Shown: piece after piece, positions 38,229 through 51,453 of the stretch
Numbering within the stretch: position 1 is the stretch's first letter
How the letters are laid out: every line of letters starts with the position of its first letter
Assembly (NCBI GenBank): GCA_040954595.2
Contig: CM082597.2
Coordinates: 6,783,849-6,847,848, forward strand
DNA length: 64,000 bases
Direction: 5' to 3'
Source: Balanoglossus misakiensis
Taxonomy: Eukaryota > Animalia > Hemichordata
Made by a program: the position numbers and the translations under genes
The notes under the pieces: generated by a model
Told to the model about the DNA's origin: nothing
Seen by the model: the letters and a program-made list of their open reading frames with translations, nothing else
Databases searched by the model: none

Positions 38229-41200
38229 TTAAAGGGACCAAGTCTCTCTCTCGCTGCCCATTTTCCATTAATTATGTTTGATACAAGACACTGTTTATGT
38301 TACTCTACATGTACATGTGGATATACAGTGAATCAGCATTCGACCACACACGAATTCCATTCCGTTTGTAGGATATGAGAGTAACAAAATGAATTAAAGC
38401 TGCAAGCAGCGTTGGCGGGGCACAAGCGGTTCCCATGGTGACCAGCAAATGCCACGGCTGTATCTGCTGGGGATACCAAGATACGGGAAAGTAGGTCAAA
38501 GGTCACCTGAGGTCACCCCAAATTTAGGCAAAAAAATTGGACCCCATACTAGTCTAGATCCAACAAAAAACCAGACCCCTAGCCCTATTGGTTCGCCTGC
38601 AATTAGGTATGCACATAATTAATGAGGTCTTGTGTAAGACTCCATTATGTGCTCAATCCCCATAAAAGCCAGGGCTCTAACTGCTCTGGATGCTGAGATA
38701 TGGGAAAGTAGATCAAAGGTCATCCAAGGTCACCCAAAATTTGGGCATAAAATTTTGAACCCAGAGTGGGCCATGTCCAACTAAAACCAGACCTCTAGCC
38801 CTATTGGTTAGCCTGGAATTAGATATGCAGAAAAATGATGTTTCAGAAATAGGTCAAGGGTCATTGCCAAAATTACCAAAAGATTTGTGTCATGTCCTGG
38901 CAGCATTGGTACCCATGTCCACAAAATTCATGACTGTGGTGCTTTGACAAGAGGAGGTATGGGGAATACGCATATATAATTAGTTGTTTTAAAACTGGGT
39001 CAAAGGTCATGTGCAAATTGCCCCGAAAAATTGTGACAACTTCCGGTCATATGACGACTCATATCCAAAAAAAGAATTTCCGTGCTGTCAACATTTTGGC
39101 TACAAAACGGAATTTTCACTTTTCAATGGTTTTCCGAAAATCCAACATGGCCGCCATAATGATCGACCAATCACAGTGCGCTTCGCAAACTTGATAGACA
39201 TAGGTTAGGTGACCACATCCCCCGAATCCCGTGACTCGGCAATCGCTGGTTCTGGAGAAGAAGATTTTTAAAGTTTTAAGCAGTTTTTCAGAAAAACAAT
39301 TGTAGCAAAAAAACTTTATGTGTGACGTCATGATTTCAATGGGGTAAAATGATGGACAGAAGATAGGCTACCTGCACACCAAATTTAAACTCGATCAGCC
39401 CAGTGGTTTTTGAGAAGGACTCGTTTAACGATTTTCAGGAAATCCAATATGGCCGCCAGGTCACGTGACTAATTAAATATTCATGAGCCACTGCACGTCT
39501 ACTCATTGGCCCCTATCACCCTACCAAGTTTCAGGCCCCTAGGTGCTGCCGTTTTCCAGATCTACCTGGCCGAATTTTGGAGAAGAAGAAGAAGAATAAG
39601 AAGAATTAAAGCTGCAAGCAGCATTGTCCGGGCCCAAGCTCTATTATCTGATCTGATTATTAGATATGCACATAATTAATGAGTAGAAACATAATGCTGT
39701 GTTTAGCAAATGAAATATCAAGGTTATATCTATGTTTGGTGCTGATATAGTGTTAAGTAGGTCAAAGGTCATCCAGAGGTCACCCACAATTTGGGCAGAA
39801 AATGTTGACCCATAGTGGTCCATGTCCATCAAAAACCAGACCTCTAGCCCTTTTGGTTAGCCCGGAATTAGGTATGCACATAAATAATGCGTAAAGCAGG
39901 TGTCACAGGTGAGCCAAAACTTTGGCTTTTCATTATGGCCCCATACCTCCAAATGCCCAGACTGTACCTGCTTTGGATGTCGAGATATGCAAAAGTAGGT
40001 CAAAGGTCATCTGAGGTCAACCAAAATTTGGGCAGAAAATTTTGACCCAAAGTAGTCCATGTCCAACAAAAACCAGACCTCTAGCCCTTTTGGTTAGCCC
40101 GGAATTAGGTATGCACATAAATAATGAGTTAAGCAGGTGTCACAGGTGACCCACAACTTTGGCTTTTCATTATGGCCCCATATCTCCAAACGCCAAGGCT
40201 GTATCTGCTGTGGATGTCGAGATATGCAAAAGTAGGTCAAAGGTCACCCGAGGTCACCCAACATTTGGGCAAAATATTTTGACCCCATACTGATCCATGT
40301 CCAAAAAAACCAAACCTCTAGGTCTATTGGTTCATCTGTAATTAGGTATGTGCCATTTAATGAGGTCAGCAGAGGTCAAAGGGGTCATGAAAAGTAGCAC
40401 AATTTTTTGATCACATACAAATCCACATACATCAAAAACCAAACTTATAGCCCTATTGGTTAGCCTGGAATTGGATATGCAGAAAAACGATGCGTCAAAA
40501 GTAGGTCAAAGGTCATTGCCAAAATTACCAAAATATTTATAGGTTATTCTTGTCATATGATGATTCATATCCATAAAAAGAATTTCTGTGCTATCAATTT
40601 TTAGGCTAGAAAGGGAATTTTTACTTTTTAATCGTTTTTCACAAAATCCAATATGGCCGCCATAATCTACGACCAATCACATTCTTCTTCGCAAACTTGA
40701 TAGACATCTATTTAATGACCACACACACTAAATCTTGTGACTCGGTTATCGCCGGTTTTTGAGAAGAAGATTTTTGAAGTTTTACTATGGTTTTTCGAAA
40801 ATCCAATATGGCCGCCATAATCTTCGACCAATCACAATGATCTTCGCAAACTTGATAGACATCAGTTAGGTGACCACATACCCCAAACGGCGTGACTCGG
40901 TTATCGCCGGTTCTGGAGAAGAAGATTTTTGAAATTTTGACCAGATTTCAGAAAAACAACTGTAGCAAAAAAACTGCAACATTGACAGCAAAATATCCAA
41001 TTACAAAAATGATGGGCATTAGGTATACTAGCCGTACACCAAATTTGAAGTCAATCTGACTTGTAGTTTCTGAGATCTGAGATTTGCATTTTTTCAGAAA
41101 ATCCAATATGGCCGCCAGGTCACGTGACTAATTAAAAATTCATGGGTTCAATGCACGACTACTCATTGACCTTGACCACTGTAGCAAGTTTGAAAACTGT

Positions 41201-44200
41201 ACCTGCAGTGGTGTCTGAGATCTAGAGCGACAAAGAATTGACATAAGAATAAAGAAAGAAAGAAAGAAAGAAAGAAAGACTGAAAAATACCAACGAAACC
41301 AATAGGGCCCAAGCCTGGCTTGGCTTGGGCCCTAAATATAGCTGCAAGCAGCAATAGCGGGCCCAAGCCAACATATCACATAGCACATAGCAACATAGCA
41401 ATAAGCATATCTGCTCTGGATGCCAAGATATGGTAAAGTAGGTCAAAGGTCACCTGAGGTCATGCAAAATTTGGGCAAGAAATTTTGACCCTATACTGGT
41501 CCATGTTCAACAAAAACCAAACCTATAGCCCTATTGGTTAGCCTGGAATTAGGTATGCACATAATTAATGAGGTAGGCAGGTGTCACAGGTGATCCCCAA
41601 TTTTGGCTTTTCAATTTTAGTCCCAACCCTCCAAACGCCAAGTCTGTACCTGCTCTGGATGCCAAGATCTGGTAAAGTAGGTCAAAGGTCAGCCGAGGTC
41701 AAGCAAAATTTGGGCAAGAAATTTTGAACCTATACTGGTCCATGTTCAACAAAAACCAAACCTATAGCCCTATTGGTTAGCCTGGAATTAGGTATGCACA
41801 TAATAAATGAGATATACAGGTGTCACAGGTGACCCCCATTTTGGCTTTTCAATTTTAGTCCCAACCCTCCAAACGCCAAGTCTGTACCTGGTCTGGATGC
41901 CGAGATATAGGAAAGTAGGTCAAAGGTCACCTGAGGTCACCCAAAATTTGGGCAAGAAATTTTGACCCTATACTGGTCCATGTCCCACAAGAACGAAACC
42001 TCGAGCCCTCTTAGTTAGCCCAGAATTAGGTATGCACATAATTAATGAGTTAAGCAGGTGTTACAGGTGAGCCTAAAATTTTGCCTTTTATTTTGGTGCC
42101 ATTGTGCTCACTGACCAATAGATAGTCACTGTACAAGACTATTGCACAGACCAGAATTCCACAATAAGACATGGACATAGCTTAACCATAGAGGTATAAG
42201 TAAAGGTATAAATTTAATAAAAAAATTAATATAAAAAAATCGGTCGATTTTTCATAGTATTTTTTTCCGCTTAAAATTATTGACAAATGCTAGGCTAGCT
42301 GCACACCAAAGTTGGAGATGATCGGCCTAACAGATTTTGAGATATGTATGCATATTTATCCAAAATAATATGTTGTCATAGCTTAACTATGTAAAGTATA
42401 GGCACATGGCTTGGGCGAAAAATATGAAAAATAATACTTAAAAATCTTCTTCTGAAAATTGACATGGCCTATGGCCTTGACATTTGGCATGTAGAACCCT
42501 GGCCATGTGGTCCACAAAGCATCTGAACAGAATTTTGATATTTCAATTCATATGCAAATTAGGCCGATTTGAAAAGTTTGCCCATATATGGTCATCAGGT
42601 CACATGACTTATTAAACATTCACAAGGGTACTGCACCAGCTCTCATTGGCCTGCACCATTGTGCTAAGTTTGAAATTGGTAGGTTCAGCCGTTCTCCAGA
42701 TCTACCTGGCCGAAAAAACTACACAAGAAGAAGTAGAAGAATTAAAGCTGCGAGCAGCATTGTCGGGCCCAAGCGCTGATCTCGAATTATATATGCACAG
42801 TATGAATGAGAAGAAACAGAATTTTCTATCGGGTGTATCTCATGACATAACAAGGACGTGTGTATTTTTGCTGCTGAAATAGGGTGAAGTATGCCAAAGG
42901 TCACTTGAGGTCACCCAACATTTGGGCAACTTTTTTTGACCGATACTGGTCCATGTCCAACAGAAACCAAAACTCTAGCTCTATTGGTTCGCCTGTAATT
43001 AGGAATGTGCATATTTAATGAGGTCAGCAGGTGTCACAGGTGACCCAAAAATGTGGCTTTACATTTTGGTCCCATCCTGCCAAATGCCATGGCTGTATCT
43101 GCTCTGGATGCTGAGATATGCGAAAGTAGGTCAAAGGTAACCAGAGGTCTTCCAAAATTTGGGCAAAAAATTTTGATCCCATACATGTCCATGTCCAACA
43201 AAAACCAAACCTCTAGCTCTATTGGTTCGCCTGTAATTAGCTATGCACATAATTAATGAGATCAGCAGAGGTCAAAGGGGTCATGAAAAGTAGCAAAATA
43301 TTTTGATCACACACTAATCCACATGCATCAAAAACCAAACGTCTAGCCCTATAGGTTAGCGTTGAATTAGATATGCAGAAATAATAATGCATGATAAGTA
43401 GGTCAAAGGTCATGTGAAAAATCGCCAAAAATTTGTAACATATTTTAGTCATATGACGAATGATATCCATGAAAAGAATTTGTATGCTATCAATTTTTAG
43501 ACTAGGAAAAGGAATTTCAATTTTTCACTGCTTTTTACGAAATCCAATATGGCCGCCATAATCTTCGACCAATCACAATGCTCGTTGCAAACTTGATAGA
43601 CATCAGTGTTGTGACCATACTCCCCGAATCTTGCGACTCAGTTATCGCCAGTTCTGGAGTAGAAGATTTTTGCAGTTTTACTATGGTTTTTCGAAAATCC
43701 AATATGGCCGCCATAATCTTCGACCAATCACAATGCTTCTTATCAAACTTGATAGACATCAGTTAGGTGACCACATACCCCAAACCGCGTCACTCGGTTA
43801 TCACCGGTTCTCGAGAAGAAGATTTTTGAAATTTAAGCCAGATTTCAGAAAAAAAATTGTAGCAAAAAAACTGCAACATTTACAGCAAAATATCCAATTA
43901 CAAAAATGATGGGTAGAAGGTAGACTACCTGCACACCAAATTTGAAGTCGATCTGACTTGTAGTTTCTGAGATCTAAGATTTGCATTTTTTCAGAAAATC
44001 CAATATGGCCGCCAGGTCACGTGACTAATTAAAAATTCAAGGGTTCAATGCACGACTACTCATTGACCTTGACCACTGTAGCAAGTTTGAAAACTGTACC
44101 TGCAGTGGTGTCTGAGATCTAGAGCGACAAAGAAGTGAACCAAGAATAAAGAAAGAAAGAAAGAAAGAAAGAAAAACCCCAACGAAACCAATAGGGCCCA

Positions 44201-44465
44201 AGCGCTGCTATGCGCTTGGGCCCTAAAAAAGCCAACAATACCAATAGGGCCCAAGCCTGCTTGGCTTGGGCCCTAAATATTCCAACAATAACAATGGGGG
44301 CACAAGCCGCCTGAGGGCGCTTGTGCCCCCAATAAAAGGGAAACACCCATTATTCGTTTTGGTAAGTTTTTCACTCTCGTGTCTGCAAGCAGGATAGAAG
44401 TTGTGTGTGGTCGAACATTGATTCCCTATATATCCACATGTAGAATAACATAAGCAGTGTCTTGT
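38229..44465. mobile_element. K1 MITE split by a ~5.9-kb nested insertion
   Basis: Left half 38229-38393; right half resumes at ~44331-44465 with its right terminus lost. Confidence 0.8.
38394..44333 (+). mobile_element. Nested stack of four Helentron/HINE-like non-autonomous elements
   Basis: Four heads AAGCTGC(A/G)AGCAGC or TAGCTGCAAGCAGC (~38394, 39604, 41336, 42740) and four hairpin tails (~41335, 44226, 44276, 44333). Internal ~240-bp tandem subrepeats and GAA/GAAA microsatellites. No TSD. Class is inference. Confidence 0.75.
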
Positions 44466-44523
44466 CGAGGTCACCTCAGTCGAAGGTCACCTTGACTCAC
44501 ACATTAAATATATTACATACAAG

Positions 44524-47500
44524 ATGGCGGCTTCGACGAGTAGTATGTCGAGGAAAGTAATAGTTCTATTTGTCATGAAGATGAGTGTCTGTTTAGGTAA
44601 GACGATATTTACAATTACCGGAAGGACATGCGATGGTGGCAATGTTGAAATGGTCTGAGACGGAAAACACACAGTGAAAGTCACAAGCACTGTTTCGTAG
44701 GTGACGCCCTTAATATATATTATAGACTAAGTGTATTGAACTCGCGTCGATCATTTGTGTGTAGGCCTATTATATTTCGGTATTATAGGTATCACCTAGT
44801 CTGCTACGGGTTCGTAGACTTACCACCCCACCCCGGCCCCCGCCCACGGCTACGGACCCGCACCGGGGTATCAAAGGCTAGATTAGAAGCAGTTTGCAGT
44901 TTTGTATTTGCAAATCTACGTCAGTACACGTAGGCCCGTAACTTGAAGAATGTCAGAGCACAATCAGATGTAGGGAACGGCGACGTGGTTTTTGTATAAA
45001 AAAAACACGTCGCCGTTCCCTACATCTGATTTTAATGAGATTGGTCAGAGCAGAGATAGAGGTTGAAGGACTGTGCAAAAGGGGTCATTGAGACTGAATT
45101 GATCAACGGGCATTTGTAATCTGCGGAATGCCAGTTAGGAATGTTATAAACAATCTCCATGATTGATACACAAAATTATAAGACAGAAATGTTTTTACAG
45201 CTACAGTCAGTGTAGGCCTAGGCCTATGCTTCGAAATAATTAGCACATTGGGCCTAATTAGGGAGCCTTCAGTAATTACGAGGGGGTGGGTGGGCCGGGG
45301 GAATCAGGGGTGGGTCACTTTTTACAATCCCACTTGGGGGGAGGGTCACTTTTTCCAGAAGCCGATTTTACAGTCAGATCTTGTTGGTGGATTGTGCATG
45401 TGATATTTCCTGAATACAGAGCAGGGATTAATTGATATTAAAAACAAAATGAATTGGGAAATTAATATGAAAATGATAATTTATGCAAATTATATGCAAT
45501 TTCTATACTTCTAAATTTTCAATTTATTAATATAAATATTGCTTAGGCTTCTGTGTGTAGGGGAGGGTCACATTTTAGAAGGGATGATAAGGGGGAGGGT
45601 CACATTTTAGAAGGGATGATAAGGGGGAGGGTCACATTTTACAGTTCAGGTGTACTCTGAATCCCCTCGCCCCCTCGTAATTATTGAAGGCTCCCTTATG
45701 CTATGGGTAGATCACCGACTTCCTCTTGTGATTGACATAAATCATACCGACGGCAGTTGATAGCATGTCCAACCCTACATGCAAAAGAGACAGTTGTATT
45801 ACAGGCCAAAATTAGTTGCACTTCACGTTGTGAACAAAAACAAAACAAAATGTTCTTTTTTTAGCTTAAAATTATTGCATTTTACAGCCCAAAGACCTAC
45901 CATTTGCCTCTTCACATGATTATATTCATGATTGTACATTCAAACGTAATAGACTGATACGTCAATAAGCTTACGGATGGGTATATACACAAAGGTATTA
46001 CTTGTACATCGTTAACTAGTACATGTACTAGTATCAGGCCGTGATTTTGGTTTTACGTTTAAAGGGACTAAGTCTCTCTCTCGCTGCCCTTTTTCCATTA
46101 ATAACTTGTAATGTACTTGTGGATATATAGTGAATCAACATACGACCACACACGATTCCATCTCGTTAATTTGTAGGATATGAGAGTAAAAATCTCGCCA
46201 AAATGAATAAATGAGTAAACACTTGTTTATTCATTTTGGCGAGTTTTTCACTCTCGTGTCTACAAGTGGGATGGAAGTTGTGTGTGGTCGAACGTTGATT
46301 CACTATATATACACATGTACATTAACATAAACGGTTAATTAATGGAAAGGGGGCAGCGAGAGAGACTTTGTCCCTTTAATATTTTGACCCCGAATCCCCG
46401 CCCAGTACTTAGCGGATGAAAACCCTAGCTGCTGACAATGATGGGAGCTGCACATCTTAAAATGAGCGATATAAATTCTTTAAAAAAAACACGATTCTGT
46501 GAAATGTTCAATTATTCCTATTCTCACAGGCTATGAGTATTGCAGCGGTTATTATGACGAAAATTCACATTGGCAAGATGGTTTCTATTGCGAGTCCTAC
46601 GAACCGTACTGCTGTGGCTCTTGGCAAGACAAGTACTGCTGTAGCACCGAAGGCTCTTACATGGTCGAGGCCGAGTACTGCGAAGGTTACACCGATAAGA
46701 ATGGAGATTGGGTGAGCGGTTTCCGTTGCGGCGGGGACGGTAGGAATATCTACTGCTGTGGCTCCAAGTGGAATGGAAAGTACTGTTGTGACTATGACTA
46801 CTACTACTTCGGCAAGGACGACGATGATTCTTTTGTATATAGCACGGGACCGTAAGTATAGTCTAGTATCTAGCCGTATTTTGTCCGCTTTGCTTCCAAA
46901 ACTAACGTCTAGCCTCACTCATGCCACTGACCCAATAAAACCCCTTACCCCTTGCTTGGCATTGTGATGTAACTAGCGTCTCCTTGAAGTCACTCACAAA
47001 AACTGAACAATGGTGATTGGGTGTAAGGTTGTAGTGAAGGCAGGGCTAATTTGAATTTAAAATGTTACCAATCCTTTTGTATATCCTTTGCCCAATCATT
47101 GGAAAAACAAAGTCTCTGATTGACTTCAGAGGGACGCTAGTTACATCACAATTCCCAGCAAAGGGTATGGGGTTTTATTGGGCCAGTGACTTGAATGAGG
47201 GTAGGCGTTAGTTTTGGAAGCAAAGCGGACAACATACAGATAGGTACTAGACTACCGAACGTAAGGCTTACATTGAATACTTGCACTTATTAGACTAATT
47301 TGACTTGATTCGTCTTATTAATTAAGATGTAGGTGAAACGTGGTTTAGCATTTAGCTGACCGTCATGACATGGTACAAATAAAAAAAAACCTACGTAGAG
47401 TGCCTGTCTTGGTGAAGGTGGATAATCGCAAGGCCACCCCGTTTAAACTTAGAGCGAAAAAAATCGTGCCCACTGTCTGACATCATCATCATCATCATCA

Positions 47501-47544
47501 TCATCACCATCACCATCACCATCACCACCACCATCACCATCATC

Positions 47545-47599
<55 letters not shown>

Positions 47600-47673
47600 C
47601 CATCACCATCACCACCATCATCATCATCATCACCACCACCGCCACCACCACCACCACCACCACCACCACCATC

Positions 47674-47738
<65 letters not shown>

Positions 47739-47793
47739 CATCATCACCATCACCATCATCATCATCATCATCATCACCACCACCGCCACCACC

Positions 47794-47841
<48 letters not shown>

Positions 47842-49221
47842 GCTTATGGTACTTCTACAATATATGCCATTATATTCATGAAAATAAAATAAAACCTCTC
47901 GTTTCTCTCTCCAGTCTATATATCATCCTTGCTGTGATAATCGGTTTAATGTTACTTGTTTTCATCGGCGTCATGATATGTTGCTGTGTGTGCACCGGGT
48001 GCCCAATCTACGCATCGAGAAGACGTCGGCGATCACGACAAACCAGTAAGTAAAACGTAGACTGTCTCACAGCCCCTCTCGTCGTCCACGCAGGCTTATG
48101 GACTGATTGCATGTGTGTCTGGCGAGAGGTTCACTACACAACACCGTATGGGGCTTCTCCTTTGCTAAACGGTTGAGTGCGCGTCAGTGAAGAGCCTTGT
48201 GGCGTGCCGTCGGCTGTGAGAGAGTCTAAGTAAAACGCCACCTGTATTTCATAACAGTTGTAATCGATTCCACAAATAAATATTTCGTATTTGATATTAA
48301 AGAACGAATGAGTATATTTAGGGTAGTACAGTAACATTCCACGCATTCCCGACGAAAATAACGATTTTATGTCAAGGGGACACCTAGAATCTACAATCGT
48401 GTGTGTTGAAATACATACCGTCCCCTCTGCAATGACTGGACCACGGGTGCTTGCGAATTGTCTTAACCGCCATCTTGGAAACAAGGTGCATTGTGGGATA
48501 GAATTGGAGGGTTTTGGACGGATAATTATGCAATTATTGCAGCTCATGTGCCTTTTAAGACCCCTTGCTATATGTTGAATGCACAAACAATACATTAATG
48601 TACTGTATATCATGGCACAAAATGTCCTAAAGTGGTTGGATGAGGGGGTCAGGCTTTACAATATCAGACAAGGGGGAATTGGAGGGTTTTGGAGGGATAA
48701 TTATGCAATTATCCCTCCAAAACCCTCCAATTCTATCCCACAACGCACCTTGTTTCCAAGATGGCGGTTAAGACAAACCTGGCCTAGGGCGGCCGTTCGA
48801 TGTCACCAGGGCCTATTCGCTGTTACCTGTGCTCTGGACATCTCCAGCTACATAAAGGACCCAGTGGACAACGGAAAACACACTGCTATGCAAGTGGAGG
48901 CTCTAATGTGTGTGATACGATCAACTACAGCTGCATGAAAGGAAATGTAACTGTTGAACTCTTTTTTTTTTGGTCTATCCTGCAGCTTCCACAGGAAGTA
49001 TGCCGATGTCGTCAGTGACTTTCCCGGCTGGTACATACCCTACTCAGTCTTATGCCGCAGGACCCAGCCCTCAGCAACAACCACCATACCAACCCGGGCA
49101 GGTCCCACCTGGACAGCGGCAGCCACCACAGTACCCATCGCCGCAGTACCCGGCCGCAGCCCAGCAGTACACGACACAGTATCCGTGTCCACATGCGTCT
49201 CCACCGCCCGAACATGTATAA
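44524..49221 (+). CDS. Shisa/WBP1/VOPP1-like single-pass membrane protein with two tandem Cys-rich domains, 253 aa, 4 exons
   Basis: Exons 44524-44596, 46530-46851, 47915-48045, 48986-49221 in frame. Signal-like MAASTSSMSRKVIVLFVMKMSVCLG; two EYCxGY-D----W--GFxC----YCCGS---KYCC repeats; TM LYIILAVIIGLMLLVFIGVMI; CCCVCTGCP; RRRRR; Pro/Tyr/Gln-rich tail. Confidence 0.9.
45259..45698. mobile_element. PIF/Harbinger-like MITE (TTA TSD)
   Basis: TTA-GGGAGCCTTCAGTAATTACGAGGGGG...CCCCCTCGTAATTATTGAAGGCTCCC-TTA. Confidence 0.85.
46059..46379. mobile_element. K1 foldback MITE
   Basis: TTAA-flanked family copy. Confidence 0.9.
46859..47254. mobile_element. TAG...CTA foldback MITE (Academ-like), copy 2
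   Basis: Same family as 15362-15765; 9-bp flanks CCGTAAGTA / CCGAACGTA. Confidence 0.85.
47481..47841. repeat. (CAT/CAC)n trinucleotide microsatellite, intronic
   Basis: ~120 triplets inside intron 2 of the Shisa-like gene. Confidence 0.97.
48459..48777. mobile_element. Inverted-repeat element (MITE-like)
   Basis: TGTCTTAACCGCCATCTTGGAAACAAGGTGC... / ...GCACCTTGTTTCCAAGATGGCGGTTAAGACA with an inner palindrome. Confidence 0.7.
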
Positions 49222-50796
49222 GTCTCCACTGTTGGATCGGACAGAAATTACAGGGGGGGGGGGTAGACCCGGGGGAGTCGATCACTGTTTTCTGTGGGGA
49301 GTGGCCGGGTCAGTCACTTTTACAAAGTGAAAGTACATTTTATTTTAATTCCACAGCCAGGTCTTCCGTGTGAAAACAACTGCTGTAGTATCATCCCCAA
49401 TGAAAACATGCACAAAATTCCACTGAAACTTTGTACACTGTGTGAGATTTAAGCTTTAAAATATTCAAGCGTGATTACTATGCATGAGAATAAATGTTAC
49501 ATTATGCCTTCTTTTTATAATCTGCGTTTCAATTAGCAAGACGTGTTTGGGAAACGCACGTTTGTACATTCGCTAGTTACAGTGAAAATACTTGGGGTGA
49601 ATATGCTGGCACGGTTATAGAAACTGATGTTGTTAGCTTCAATAAGTCGTTCACAATAGATATTTGCACCAACCATTATCAACTATTATTTACATCAATC
49701 ATTATTTAATTCGAGATAAAGCAATACGATAAAAAGTCTAGAGATAATACTACTGTACACGACACAAACACGAAAACATGTTATTTTCGCGAGTTCAAAC
49801 TTTTGCGATATTGAGAGAGGCCACTGTTACGCGAGTATTAATTTTCGCGTTCTCGTACTGCATCGTTATCTCCGAAGAACTACTATTGTACGCTTATTTG
49901 TCGCATTTGTAGCAAGATTCTTGGCCACAAACCATGATGTTCAAACAAATTGCATGATGTTGTAGCAAAATCATGAAACCGCAACCATTTTCATAAATTG
50001 CCTGCACTTTGAAACTGAAAACGTTTTGTTGCGTGTGTGTTTGACTATCGTTCTATTACTAGTATTTGCGACATTGTCGTTTCACAACTATATTTACGAG
50101 AGTCTTCATTTTCGCGGTTTTTTGAGCTCGCGTATTTCGCGCAATTTTTATGCTCGCGAAAATAACATGTTTTACAGATCAGGCATAAGTTTATGCATAT
50201 GCTAACGGTGTGAATGTTTACTTCAAAGAGACATATAAATCCAAAAGGCATATAGGCGATTGTTTGAGCCACCAGAAGTGTAATATCTACATTGTTTCAT
50301 GTATGTAAAACAGTTCTTGCAAATATCATACTTTTAAAACGGCAAACTCGGCCAATGAAAGTATGTGCCAAAAAACAAACATTAAAATGGTCGACGTAGT
50401 GAATATTTACGTTTATCTTAAAGGCACTCTAAATGAACACTTTAAAACCGGTCATAGTGCAAACTGCAAAATTCAATATCTATACAACTTACCATATGAA
50501 TAATAACACAAAGTTTGTAGTAGATTTTCCTACAAATTACGTGATCATTGATATGAGAACTGAATTTGAGAAGAAATCGTGACAATATATGATAACAAAA
50601 CAGTGACATTCCATTATTTGACTGCTACATGAATATTCATATGACGACTGTAATCATCTCAAAATTTACACTTAAATTCAGCGTCTGACTACAAGTAGAA
50701 AATTGTTACTTTTCAGAACATGCGAGATGACATTTCTTTCACTCGCGCTTTTCTGAGTTTAATAACACGTTTGTTTTGTGCCGTATTCCGCTGTTT

Positions 50797-51152
50797 TTAA
50801 AGGGACAAAGTCTCTCTCTTGCTGCCATTTTTCCATTAATTATGTTTGATACAAGACACCATTTATATTACTGTACATGTGAATATATATTGCATCAACG
50901 TTCAACGACACACACCTTCCATACCGCTTATAGACACGAGACTGAAAAAACTCACAAAAATGAATAATTGGTCTCTACCATTTATTCATTTTAAGCAATT
51001 TTTTACCATCATAATATACAAACGGGATGGAAGTTGTGTACGGTGAAACGTTGATTCACTATATATCCACATGTAGAATAACATGAACGGTGTCTTGTAT
51101 CAAACATAATTAATGGAAAAAGGGCAGTGAGACAGAGACTTTGTCCCTTTAA
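50797..51152. mobile_element. K1 foldback MITE
   Basis: TTAA-flanked family copy. Confidence 0.9.
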
Positions 51153-51453
51153 TCCTACATTGCATTACAGGGATACTTCCAACTCTATAGTCGACACCAT
51201 TTTCAATGTGTTGTCTCAATGTTTAGTCTCAACATTCTCAAAACTTAATGTTATAGATATATGAAAGTTTACATTATTGAATGTTTATGGTCAGTATTAC
51301 AATCACAATAATCATCAAATGAAGCAACATGCCATCTTCATGAAATCACCAGTGTGTGCACGTGTACATCGGTAGCGTTTGGATAACTTGTCCCAGAACA
51401 TGGAATAGTGGCGATTTAATTTAAGAGTGTGATATCACCCACCTCCTTTGTTT

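Noticed and set aside
47391-47840. Poly-Met/Val (or poly-His) ORF
   Set aside because: Translation of an intronic (CAT/CAC)n microsatellite.
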